Position numbers and translations under genes: made by a program. A stretch of 64,000 nucleotides of DNA from an uncultured Chloroflexia bacterium. GTDB taxonomy: Bacteria; Chloroflexota; Limnocylindria; Limnocylindrales; CSP1-4. A model generated the notes under the pieces. It was not told the DNA's origin. It worked only from the letters and a program-made list of their open reading frames with translations, and searched no databases. Shown here piece after piece: positions 54,026 to 64,000 of the stretch; within the stretch, counting starts at the first letter, position 1; each line of letters opens with the position of its first letter. The DNA lies in contig CAVVCZ010000001.1 of the NCBI GenBank assembly GCA_963746845.1, positions 160,001 to 224,000 of the forward strand, given 5' to 3'.

Positions 54026-54769
54026 GTGATCCCCCTCCGCGACGCGAACCCGACGCGTCGGGCGCCCGTGATCACGATCGGGCTCGTCGCGGCCTGCGTG
54101 GTCGCGTTCGCCTACGAGCTCGGCACCCAGTCGACCGGGGGCGACGCGGCCCTGAACGAGCTCTTCACGACGTACGGGCTCGTGCCCGCGACGGTCGTCG
54201 CGGCGGTCAAGGCGGGCGGGCCTGGATCGTTCGTCGCGATCGCGCTGCCGACGATCCTCACCAGCATGTTCCTGCACGGCGGCTGGATCCACCTGATCGG
54301 CAACATGATCTATCTGTGGATCTTCGGGAACAACATCGAGGACCGCTTCGGGCGGATCGGGTTCCTGCTGTTCTATCTCGCCGGTGGCGTCGCGGCCGCC
54401 GTCACCCAGGTCTGGATGGACCCGACCTCGACGATCCCGATCATCGGGGCGTCAGGGGCGATCGCGGCGGTCCTCGGCGCGTATCTCGTCCTGTACCCGC
54501 GGGCCCGGGTCCTGTCGCTCGTCTTCCTCGGCTTCTTCTACCAGCTGCTCGAGGTGCCGGCCGTCATCGTCCTCGGCCTGTGGTTCTTCCTCCAGCTGAT
54601 CGACGGGCTCGCGTCACTCGGCGTGGAGGCTTCGAACAGCGGCGTCGCGCTGTTCGAGCACATCGGCGGGTTCCTGTTCGGCGTGGCGGTCGGGGCGACC
54701 GTGCGGGCGATCGGGGCTGCCCGGACGCCGCGCCCGACCGGGCCGCTGGACGAGTTCCGCGTGGGATAA
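54026..54769 (+). CDS. Rhomboid intramembrane serine protease
   Basis: IPLRD, HGGWIHLIGNM, GASG, HIGG; GTG 54026. Confidence 0.93.
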   Translation: MIPLRDANPTRRAPVITIGLVAACVVAFAYELGTQSTGGDAALNELFTTYGLVPATVVAAVKAGGPGSFVAIALPTILTSMFLHGGWIHLIGNMIYLWIFGNNIEDRFGRIGFLLFYLAGGVAAAVTQVWMDPTSTIPIIGASGAIAAVLGAYLVLYPRARVLSLVFLGFFYQLLEVPAVIVLGLWFFLQLIDGLASLGVEASNSGVALFEHIGGFLFGVAVGATVRAIGAARTPRPTGPLDEFRVG

Positions 54770-54776
54770 TCGGCCA

Positions 54777-55376
54777 ATGGCCAGCGAGGAGCCGCCCGCC
54801 GGAAACGGACTCGTCGAGATGGTGGTCGAGAGCGTGCGGGTGCACATGCTGTCGAGCCGCCATGTGGTCATCCTCAAGGAGACCGACCACGATCGCTACC
54901 TCCCGATCTGGATCGGGCCGTGGGAGGCGAGCGCGATCGCGATGAAGCTCCAGGGCCTGACCGCCGACCGGCCCCTCACCCACGACCTGTTCGCGACCGC
55001 CCTCGAAAGCCTCGGGGTCCGGGTCGACAAGGTCGTGATCTCCACGCTCGCCGAGGAGACGTACCACGCCCGGCTCCACCTGGAGCGGGACGGGTCCACG
55101 TTCGAGATCGACTCACGGCCGTCCGATGCGCTGGCGCTCGCGGTCCGCACGGGCGGGCGGATCTTCGCGAGCGAGGCGGTCCTCGAGCAGGCCGCGCTCG
55201 GCGGCGACGCGACGGGCGACGAGGAGGGCGAGACGAGCTCCGAGGGGACCGCCCTCGAGTCGACGGGCGAGCAGATCGTCGACCCGCGGCTGGACGTCTT
55301 CCGCGACTTCGTGAACTCGCTCGACGTCGATCCGGAGACGGGTGAAGGCCGAACCCGCGGCAGCAGCGACGGCTAG
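54777..55376 (+). CDS. Bifunctional nuclease (DUF151) family protein
   Basis: LPIWIG..EA, RPLTHDL, DSRPSDALALA. Confidence 0.92.
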   Translation: MASEEPPAGNGLVEMVVESVRVHMLSSRHVVILKETDHDRYLPIWIGPWEASAIAMKLQGLTADRPLTHDLFATALESLGVRVDKVVISTLAEETYHARLHLERDGSTFEIDSRPSDALALAVRTGGRIFASEAVLEQAALGGDATGDEEGETSSEGTALESTGEQIVDPRLDVFRDFVNSLDVDPETGEGRTRGSSDG

Positions 55377-56173
55377 GACAGGATCCGCTCGCCGCGGCGG
55401 AGGGCGCGCGCCCGGTTGGACCACACCCGGAGGCGCAGGTACCAGAAGTCGCGGACCGCGCGGAACACCACCGACGGCTTCGCGCCGGTCGGTGAGCCGG
55501 CCGTCCGCGGGTAGTGCGGCACGCCCACCTCGGCCACGGTCCGTCCGGCCGCCTGGAGCTTGATCAAGAGCTCCGCGGAGAAGAAGGCGCCGCCGGATTC
55601 CACGCCGATCCCCTCGAGGGACGAGCGTCGGAACAGCTTGCAGGCGCAGTCGACGTCGCGGACCTTCAGCCCGAAGAAGACGCGGTTCGCGAGCCGGTAG
55701 AGACGCGCGTAGACGGTCCGCACCAGCGGGTCGGCCCGCTTGATCCGGAACCCGACCACCACGTCGGGGGCGTCGGCGGCGGCCATCCGCTCGATGAGCC
55801 GCCCGATGTCCACGACCTGGAACTGGCGATCGCCGTCGGTGAACGCGACGTGCTCGAACTGCGAGGCGCGGAACCCCGACCGGAGTGCGGCGCCGTAGCC
55901 GCGGTTCGTCGGGTGGTGGACCGCCCGGACGACCCCGGGGTTCGCGGCGACGAGGTCGTCGGCGATCCGGCCCGTGGCGTCCTTCGAGCCGTCGTTGACG
56001 ATGACGATCTCGAACGTCTTGGCGAGGGCCGGGAGGGTCTCGAGGGCCTCGGCGACGAGCCCGGCGAGGTTCGCCTCCTCGTTGTGGGCCGGAAAGAAGT
56101 ACGACAGCCGCGCGACCCGGGCGAGACCCGTGACCGCGGCCGGCTGTGCGGCGGGCACGGCGACCGCGGTCAC
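55373..56173 (-). CDS. GT2 glycosyltransferase (polyprenyl-phosphate sugar synthase, DPM1-like)
   Basis: PAHNEE, VNDGSKD, N.GYG.A, FTDGD. Confidence 0.88.
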   Translation of the reverse strand: MTAVAVPAAQPAAVTGLARVARLSYFFPAHNEEANLAGLVAEALETLPALAKTFEIVIVNDGSKDATGRIADDLVAANPGVVRAVHHPTNRGYGAALRSGFRASQFEHVAFTDGDRQFQVVDIGRLIERMAAADAPDVVVGFRIKRADPLVRTVYARLYRLANRVFFGLKVRDVDCACKLFRRSSLEGIGVESGGAFFSAELLIKLQAAGRTVAEVGVPHYPRTAGSPTGAKPSVVFRAVRDFWYLRLRVWSNRARALRRGERILS

Positions 56174-57879
56174 AGGATCGCCGCGCAGGTTGGCGGAGGC
56201 GGTGCCGACCCGGGCTGGGCCTCGCCGCCCTCGATCGGCAGCACGCGCAGGACGTTGCCGGCCATCGGCGCGCCGATCGGCTCGAGCCGGAACCGTCCGT
56301 CGAGCGACGGCAGCTCCCAGTCGCCGTTCCGGATCAGGTAGACGGGCCGGGTCGGCAGGTACAGGTCGATCACGTGGTCGAGCTCTCCGAGGTTGCAGTC
56401 GAGGCGCGTCCGATCGTCGATGATCGAGATGTCAGGACGCTGACGGTCCACGATCGTCGCATACCAGAGTGGCGTCGAGTAGGACCACCACGAGACGACG
56501 ACCGCGTTCGGCTCCAGGACCGAGAGCACCTCGGCCGTCCATTCCTGGGCGGCTCGATCCCCCGTCCGGTCGACGGCGCGGGCTCGCGCGGGCACGGCGA
56601 GGGCGGTCGGGACGAGCAGCAGGATCGCGAGCGACCCGCAGACGACGGCCCGGAGGGCGACCGAGCCGTGCCGGGCTCCGCCGTCCGTCGAGACCCGTCC
56701 CGTGATCCAGTCGGCGATCCCGCCGCCGAGGATCGCGAGCCACGTCCAGCAGATGAGGGCCGGACCGATGTAGTACCGGTCGATCGCGCCGTCCGGGTAG
56801 ACCGAGTTGAAGAAGCAGGTGATGACGAGCGTCGTCCCGGTGAGGAGCGCATACCGCGGCTGCCGGATCGCCGTGACGATGAACGCGGCGACGACGATCG
56901 GGGCGAGGATCCCGAGCTGGCCGGCGGCCATCGCGTTCAGATCCGAGATGCGCTCCGGGATGTTGCCGAACGGATCGGTCAGCCAGCTGTGGAACTGGGC
57001 CCCGAGGCTCACGTACCAGAACCCGGTCCACGTGCTCGTGTCGGTGTAGACGAACGGCGCCTCGAACCAGCCGGCCCGGAGGATCATCTCGAACCGGACG
57101 AGGACGGTCGGGATCGCGAACGCGAGGACGCACGCCGCCACGAACCGCCTCCGGCGGAAGGTGTCCGCCTCGACGGCGAGGACGTAGAGCAGGATCGGCG
57201 GCCCGAGCAGGAGCGTCAGCGAGTGGTTGCCAACCGCCAGGCCCACGACGATCGCGGCCGCGATCAGTAGGCGGTCCGCTGACCGGGGGTTCGCCGCCGG
57301 GAGCACGTCCGGGTCGACCGGATTGCCGTGGAGCGCCTGCTCCCAGCGGACGAGCAGCCACAGGATGATCGCAAGGAGCGCGAAGTGGAGGGCGTGGGGA
57401 TCCGCGTGCGTCCCGATGGCCCAGACGATCGGGGTGAGGGCGATCCCGACGCCGACCGCGATGCCGAGCGCGAGTGAGCCGGTGAGCCGCCGGGCGAGGT
57501 CGGTCGAGAACGCCGCCCCGACGCCGACGAGGATGGCCGACAGGACGTTCATCCGGAGGGCGGCCTCGCCGAGGGGCTGGAGCAGGACCCCGGCCAGCCA
57601 GCCGACGAGCACATAGGTCGGGAACCCGGTCGGGTGGGCCGTGCCCATCACCGGCAGGGCCGTCTGGAACTCCGCCGTGTCCCAGAAGCCGAGCCCCGGC
57701 ATCAGCCGCCAGAGCGACGCCGCGAGGGCGAACACTCCCACCGCGATTGCGCCGAGCCACGCGAGGGGCAGCCGCAGGTCGCGCTCCGCCGGCCGCGCGA
57801 CCGCCGTGGACGGCGTTCGTACCGGCGTCTGGAGCGTGGATGCCGGCATCTCGCCCGGCTCCCCGGCGATGCCGCTCAC
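56170..57879 (-). CDS. DUF2723 / TMEM260-like GT-C membrane protein
   Basis: WDTAEFQ...GTAHPTGFPTY motif, GNH; GTG 57879 overlaps the upstream stop. Confidence 0.82.
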   Translation of the reverse strand: MSGIAGEPGEMPASTLQTPVRTPSTAVARPAERDLRLPLAWLGAIAVGVFALAASLWRLMPGLGFWDTAEFQTALPVMGTAHPTGFPTYVLVGWLAGVLLQPLGEAALRMNVLSAILVGVGAAFSTDLARRLTGSLALGIAVGVGIALTPIVWAIGTHADPHALHFALLAIILWLLVRWEQALHGNPVDPDVLPAANPRSADRLLIAAAIVVGLAVGNHSLTLLLGPPILLYVLAVEADTFRRRRFVAACVLAFAIPTVLVRFEMILRAGWFEAPFVYTDTSTWTGFWYVSLGAQFHSWLTDPFGNIPERISDLNAMAAGQLGILAPIVVAAFIVTAIRQPRYALLTGTTLVITCFFNSVYPDGAIDRYYIGPALICWTWLAILGGGIADWITGRVSTDGGARHGSVALRAVVCGSLAILLLVPTALAVPARARAVDRTGDRAAQEWTAEVLSVLEPNAVVVSWWSYSTPLWYATIVDRQRPDISIIDDRTRLDCNLGELDHVIDLYLPTRPVYLIRNGDWELPSLDGRFRLEPIGAPMAGNVLRVLPIEGGEAQPGSAPPPPTCAAIL

Positions 57880-59375
57880 CAGCCCAGGGCGTCGCCCCAC
57901 ACGACGCCCCAGAAGTTGACGACGACGGAGACGACGACGAGCGCAACGGACGCGACGACGGCGAGCCCGGCGACGGTCGGCCAGCCACGCGGCGAGGACA
58001 CCCGGGCGGCCACCCGCTCCAGCCCGATCGCGACGAGGAGCAGCGCCCAGGGCACGAAGTCGTTGCTGAACCGATAGCCGAACTGGACCCAGCCCTGGCT
58101 GAAGTGCATCAGGTTGACGACGGTGACGATCAGCACGGCGATCGCCGCGCCGGTCACGAGACGGCTGTGGCCGTACCCCCAGCGCAGCGCCGGGAGGATG
58201 AGCAGGTAGGCGGGGCTGGTCAGGAGCACGCTCATACCGGTGTCCTGGGGAAGGACGAGCGGGCAGTCGAAGTTGAACCAGCCCCGGACCGAATCCGGGC
58301 TCGTGCACAGCGGCCCGCCCGTGCCGAGCGCGGCCGGGACGACGTCCGGCAGGACGACCGGGGTGTTGAGGAACATGATCTGGAAATTCTGCGGCAGATA
58401 GCGGATGTCCTCGATCGCCCAGTCCAGGTGGTAGTTCAGCGGCGTGTAGAAGCCGGCCTCGAGCTCGTAGAGGTGCTGGTAGCCCGGATGCAGGATGCTG
58501 CCGGCCGTGACGAGGTTGTAGACGGCGAGCGCGGCCAACGGGATCCCCGCCCCGAGCGCGGCGGACCAGCCGCGGCGCCGCCACGACCCGCCCCACCCGA
58601 CGAAGACGAAGAACGGCGCGGCGAACACGACCGTCAGGCGTGACGTGCATGCGAGCCCGAACAGGAGCCCGGCCAGGAACTGGCGTCGGTCCGGAAGGAG
58701 GGCACCGAGCCACGCCCGGGACCGGGCCGCCACGGCCTGCCCATCGTGGAGCGCATCGACGTCGTCCTCGCGGAACGCCGCGGACGGATCGCCCCGGATC
58801 GCGACCCCGATCGCCAGCAGGGCCAGCCCGACGGCCAGGACGTGCGCCTGGTACCAGGTCGTCCCGAGCTGGGCGGTGTACCAGAACACGGTCCCGAACG
58901 CGAAGAACACGGTCGCCGCGAACCGGACCCAGGTCCGGATCGGCAGCATCCCCAGGACCCACCAGGCGATCCCCACGTCGACCGCCCCGAGGATCGCGAA
59001 GACCAGCTGGCCGTCGGTCGTGACGCCCCACAGGGCGACGAACGGCAGCAGGACGACGGCCGGGAGCGGTGGAAAGGGAACCAGCGCCCGCTGAATCCCG
59101 TCGGTCGTGGGGACCGGCAGGACATCCTGGAAGAAGCCGTTGCCCGGCGAGCTCGCCGTGGCCTCGACCGGGTACCGAATGGCAGCCTGACCCTCCAGAA
59201 AGGCCATGGCCTGCCACGTGAAGTGGTTGTAGAAACGATCCGGATGACTGACCGTGTAGATGACGAGGGCGATCGCCACCAGACAGGCGCCCACGACGAC
59301 CGTGACGAACGTCGACGACGGGTAGAGGGCGGAGCTGGAGAGCGGCGACCGACCCTGTGCTACCCTGCGATCCAC
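57876..59375 (-). CDS. Polytopic membrane protein, probable GT-C glycosyltransferase
   Basis: Many TM segments, PFPPLPA and GWVQFGYRF motifs; in the same operon as DUF2723 and GT2. Confidence 0.65.
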   Translation of the reverse strand: MDRRVAQGRSPLSSSALYPSSTFVTVVVGACLVAIALVIYTVSHPDRFYNHFTWQAMAFLEGQAAIRYPVEATASSPGNGFFQDVLPVPTTDGIQRALVPFPPLPAVVLLPFVALWGVTTDGQLVFAILGAVDVGIAWWVLGMLPIRTWVRFAATVFFAFGTVFWYTAQLGTTWYQAHVLAVGLALLAIGVAIRGDPSAAFREDDVDALHDGQAVAARSRAWLGALLPDRRQFLAGLLFGLACTSRLTVVFAAPFFVFVGWGGSWRRRGWSAALGAGIPLAALAVYNLVTAGSILHPGYQHLYELEAGFYTPLNYHLDWAIEDIRYLPQNFQIMFLNTPVVLPDVVPAALGTGGPLCTSPDSVRGWFNFDCPLVLPQDTGMSVLLTSPAYLLILPALRWGYGHSRLVTGAAIAVLIVTVVNLMHFSQGWVQFGYRFSNDFVPWALLLVAIGLERVAARVSSPRGWPTVAGLAVVASVALVVVSVVVNFWGVVWGDALGW

Positions 59376-59404
59376 CTCAACGCTCGTTCGGGGAGAACCC
59401 TCCC

Positions 59405-62400
59405 GTGACGTCCGGCCGCGCTCCGGGCGGACCGAGCCGGGGCGCGGACGCGCCGACGCGGACCAGCGGAACGCGGGATGGCATCGGCGCGATCGTCGCG
59501 CTCCTCGCGCTCGGCTTCGTCGTCCGTTTCATCATCGCACAGCTCAATCCGGGGTCGGGTTTCCGGGTCGACCAGTCGTCGTTCCTCTTCTGGGCGAACG
59601 ACCTCGCGACCGAGGGTCTCCGCGGCTTCTACGAGCGGCCGTTCTTCCACGATTACACGCCCGGCTATCTCTATGTCCTGTACGTGGTCGGGATCGTCAG
59701 CAAGGCGCTCGGCACCGGCATCGACGTGATCAAGATCCCGCCGATCCTCGCCGACCTGGCGATCGGCTGGCTCGTCTGGTCGATGGCGCGCGAGATCGGT
59801 GTCGGCAAACGCGCCGCCCTCCTGGGCGCGGCACTCGCCATCTTCAACCCGGTGAGCTGGTTCGACTCGGTCCTGTGGGGCCAGGTCGACTCGTTCGGCG
59901 TCGTCTTCCTCCTGCTCGGTCTGCGCGCGCTGTGGCGCGACCGACCGGAGCGGGCGGCGATCTACACGGTCATCGCCGCACTGATCAAGCCGCAGCTGGC
60001 GATCCTCGTGCCGATCGTGGCCGTCGTCACGATCCGGCGGGCGTTGTGGCCGCCGCAGCCCGATCGACGAGGGCGCACCGGCCACCGATGCACCGCTCGG
60101 CTCCGCGGGCGGGTTCCTGGGCCGCTACCGCGCCTGGGAGCGGCGGACGGACCATCCGATCCGCATCCTCACGACCGGCTTCGTCGGGTTCCTGACGGCC
60201 GTGGTCCTGTGCTTCCCGTTCGGGCTGTCCGTCATCGAGCCCGGCACCAACGGTCAGGTCCTCCACTCGGGCCTGGTCGAGCAGATCTTCAAGACCGCCG
60301 GGGGCTATCCGTACGCGAGCGTCAACGCGTACAACCCGTGGGCGCTGGCGACTGCCGGCGGCAACGGGATCGCCGCGAACGGCGCCTGGGCCTGCGACAC
60401 GTTCATCCCGAACCCGCCCGCCGGCGACATCCAGTGCACGGACGCGGTGACGATCGCCGGGATCCCGGCCGTCTACGTCGGGGCGGCCCTGCTCGTGATC
60501 GCCTTCGTGGTCGTCGGCCTCGCGGTCGCCCGGCGCCCGACGCCGCTGACCCTCCTGATCGGGCTGACGGTCCTCGCGGTCGCCTTCTTCGTCCTGCCCA
60601 CCCGCGTCCACGAGCGCTACCTGTTCCCGTTCATCGCCCTCGGCGCGATCCTCGCGGGGTTCTCGCTCCGCTGGCGGATCGCCTACATCGCGTTGTCCCT
60701 GACGACGTTCCTGAACATGTACGTCGTCCTGACCACGCTCTACCCGGACAGCCCGGGGATCCGGGACTGGCTCGGGATCGGCGAGACGATCCGGAGCACG
60801 AACGGCGTGACGGCCATCGCCCTGACGACGCTCGTCGCCGCGCTCTGGATCTTCACGGAGCTGCGGCCGTCGGCGATCCGTCGCCTCGCCGAAGAGATCG
60901 AGGACGACGCCGACCTCGACGAGGACCGGCTCCGCGAACTCGAGCCCGAGCCGAGCCGGCCCGTCGGCGCGATCCCGGCCGGCTCCGCCGGACTGGCCGA
61001 CGCCTCGGTCCCGATGGCGATGGCGCCGCGCGGCCCCGTGCCGTCGCCGGCTGGCGGCGGGTCGGCCGCCGCGCTCCTGACCGCCGACGCGATGGCGATC
61101 GACGCCGTCCCCGTGCCGTCGTGGAGTGCGCCGCCGTCGCTCGTCGAGCTCGGCCCGATCGGCTGGTTCCGGGCCCGCCTCGCGGATCGCCCGGTTCGAG
61201 CGGACCGATCGCGCGAGCTCGACCGGGAATCGGGCGGCCGCCTCGACCGCCTCGACCTGTGGATCCTCGTCGTCCTTGTCGTGTCGATCCTCGGCATCCG
61301 GATGTTCCGCCTGGGCGAGCCCTACCAGATGCACTTCGACGAGGTCTACCACGCCCGGACCGCCGCGGAGTTCCTCGAGGACTGGCGGTACGGGATCAGC
61401 CACTCCATCTACGAGTGGACCCACCCGCACCTCGCCAAGTACGCGATGGCCGGCGGCCTCGTCGCGTGGGGCAACAACCGGGTCACCGCGACCGCGGAGC
61501 TCGGCGTGCCCGTCCTCGACGCGGCGATCGAGCCGCAGGTCGAGGACCCCGTGCTCGCCGCACAGCGGAGCGGCAACCGGGTCGACGTCGCAACGGGCTC
61601 GGAGGTCCGGTCGTACGACCTCGTGACCCGCGCGCTCGTGGCGACGATCCCCATCGACGGCGCTCAGGCGCTCGCGGTCGACGACACGGCCTCTCTCCTC
61701 TACGTCGGCGCGGCGGACGGCTCGATCTCGACGATCGACCTGACCGCCCTGGACGCGGCGCACTCGGGTGCGAGCGGCGCGGCGGTACCCCAGCCGGAGG
61801 CCTTCGGCCAGGTGGACGGGGCGATCCAGCGACTGTTCGTGGCGCCCGACGGCGGCGGGCTTCTCGTCGAGACCAGCGACGACCGGCTCATCACGCTCGA
61901 TCCGGACACGGCCGGCATCCGCGGGACCGTCCAGCTCGACACGGCGGGCGACATGGCGCCCGGCGGCTCGGCACCGGTCCTGTCCGGCGGTCCGGACGCC
62001 GTTCCCGACGCGAAGGCCGCGTCGAAGGCCATCGTGGCGATCCTGGGCGGCGACGCGGCGACCTACGAGGGGCGCCTCCGGAGCGGTGCCGAGACCACGG
62101 TCATCGCCCGGATCAACGACAGTGACCAGCGGGCGAAGGTCCAGAAGGCGATCGACGACGGACAGCTGGCAGGCCTGTCGATCGACTCGGCGGCGCTCGT
62201 CGCTGTCGCCGACGCGAAGGGCGTCGAGCTGATCGATCCCGCGACCGGCGAGCTCGTGAAGACGGTCGACGTCGGCGGCCCGGCCCATGGCCTGGCCCAG
62301 GCGACGGCGGACACCCCCACCCTGTACGTCGCGACGGATCCCGATCCGGCCTCGGACGTGCTGGGCCGGATGGCCCTCGTGGCGACCGGCGGCGACGGCG

Positions 62401-64000
62401 CGAAGAACGGGCCGGTTTTCCTGAGGTCGATGCCGATGCCGGGACCCGTGAGCCGGGTCCTCTACGACGACTCGACCGAGATGATCCACGTCCTCGGCCG
62501 AACGCCGGACGGGGCCGATTCCACGATCTATGTCATTCAGACACGCGCCGACGATCCGTCCGTGTTCGCCGACGCCCGGCTGCCGTTCGACCCGTCCGCG
62601 TGGGTGATGGATTCGAACCGCGACGCACCGACCGACGACCGCCAACAGATCCTGACGTTCTCGCCGACCGGGTCGGTCGCGAGCGTCGACGTCGGCCACA
62701 ACGAGTTCGCCTGGCGTCTGCCGGGCGTCCTCGCGGGCGCGGCGATGGCGGGGTTCCTGTACCTGCTCGCCCGGATCCTGTTCCGACGGCGATCGGTCGG
62801 CGTCCTCGTCGCGATCATCAGCGTCGTCGACGGGATGTTCTTCGTCCAGTCGCGGATCGGGATGAACGATGCGTACGTCGGGCTCGCGATCGTTGCCGCC
62901 TACACGGTGTTCGCGGCACTCTGGATGGGGTCGTGGCGGTTCCGCGGCGCGTTCTGGCTCGCGATGCCGGCGATCGGGGCGATCCTGGGTCTCGGCCTCG
63001 CCTCGAAGTGGGTCGCCCTGTACGCGCTCGGCGGGATCGCGCTGTTGATCATGGCCCGGAGCGCCCTCGGCCGGCTCATGACGATCCTTTCGATGATCGG
63101 GCTGACCGCGGTCCTCGGCTATCTCGCGATCAACGTCCCGGTGGGCACTGGGTTCGGCAACCTGCCCTTCGTCGCCCTGATGGTCGGGCTGACCGTCATC
63201 GCCGTCGTCGCGACCGTGGCCCACCCGATCGCCTGGTCGCTCGACGAGACCCGCTTCGCCGTCGGCGCCCCGATGGTGCTCGGCGGGATCGCCATCCTCG
63301 CCCTCGTCGCGACGGGACGCGCGACGCCCGCCACAGGTGCGGCGGCGACCGGGCTCTCCGCGTTCGTGACCACGCCGATGGCCGCGGCCGTCGGGCTCTT
63401 CCTGCTCGGACCCGTTGCGTGGGTGGCCTTCGCGATCGCCGGTCGCTTCGGGTTCGGACCGCTCGCGCCCGCCCCGGCGCCGGACGAGCCGGCCGCGTTG
63501 CTCCCGCCGCCCTCGCCGCCCCCGTCGGCGGCGTGGCTCCGGCCCGGCGCCCAGTACGGGCTGCCGGTCGTCTGGATGGTGCTGAGCCTGCTGGTGCTGC
63601 CGGTCGCGATCTACATCGCGTCGTACCTGCCGTGGGCCTTCGTCGAGAACCACCAGCTGTTTCCCGGGTGGCCGCCGGGCCATACGGGCCAGACGCTGCT
63701 CGACCTGACCGGCGCGATGTACGCCTACCACAACGGCCTGACTGCCCCGCACGCGGCGTCGTCGCCATGGTGGGCCTGGCTGTTCGACCTGAAGCCGGTC
63801 TGGTTCTACCAGGAGGGCCTCGCGGGCAACACGACGTCGGCGATCTACGACGCCGGCAACCTCGTGGTCTGGTGGCTCGGGCTGCCGGCGCTGGCGTTCG
63901 CCGCGTGGCAGGCGTTCAGCCGGCGCAGCCTCGCGTTGGCCCTGATCACGATCGGCTTCGCGTGCCAGTGGGTCTCGTGGTCCCGGATCGACCGCGCGTC
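59405..64000 (+). CDS. Large GT-C + PMT (protein O-mannosyltransferase-like) fusion, frameshifted near 60060, runs off window end
   Basis: DYTPGY, WGQVDS, KPQ in the first frame; after a +1 shift RVHERY, MHFDEVYH, THPHLAK, QSRIGMND, ASKW, H.ASSPWW. Confidence 0.8.

Overview
High-GC (roughly 70% by eye) bacterial chromosomal region spanning the replication origin. The gene content and style suggest Chloroflexota, possibly Limnocylindria/Ellin6529 (inference). Core genes: rplU, rodA-mrdA-mreD, parS-parA-parB-gyrB...gyrA, prs, secA, frameshifted prfB, ftsEX-ctpA, smpB, tmRNA, jag-yidC-yidD-rnpA-rpmH and dnaA-oriC-dnaN-recF-dciA, followed by a membrane glycosylation cluster. No mobile elements, CRISPR arrays, tRNAs or rRNAs were seen. 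Most notable: (1) a 7 kb module between smpB and ssrA with a NiCoT-type transporter, a Nur-like Fur regulator, a c-di-AMP riboswitch wired like a translational ON switch on an MFS transporter, and a divergent urease-like enzyme with an altered pocket and flap and no adjacent accessory genes; (2) a small stand-alone transcript upstream of smpB with a 13-nt anti-SD complement locked in a stem; (3) a small protein with two CX3CX2C motifs coupled to prfB; (4) a pseudo-PP2C/TM/beta-propeller protein next to a rhomboid protease; (5) micro-ORF translational relays and non-canonical start codons.
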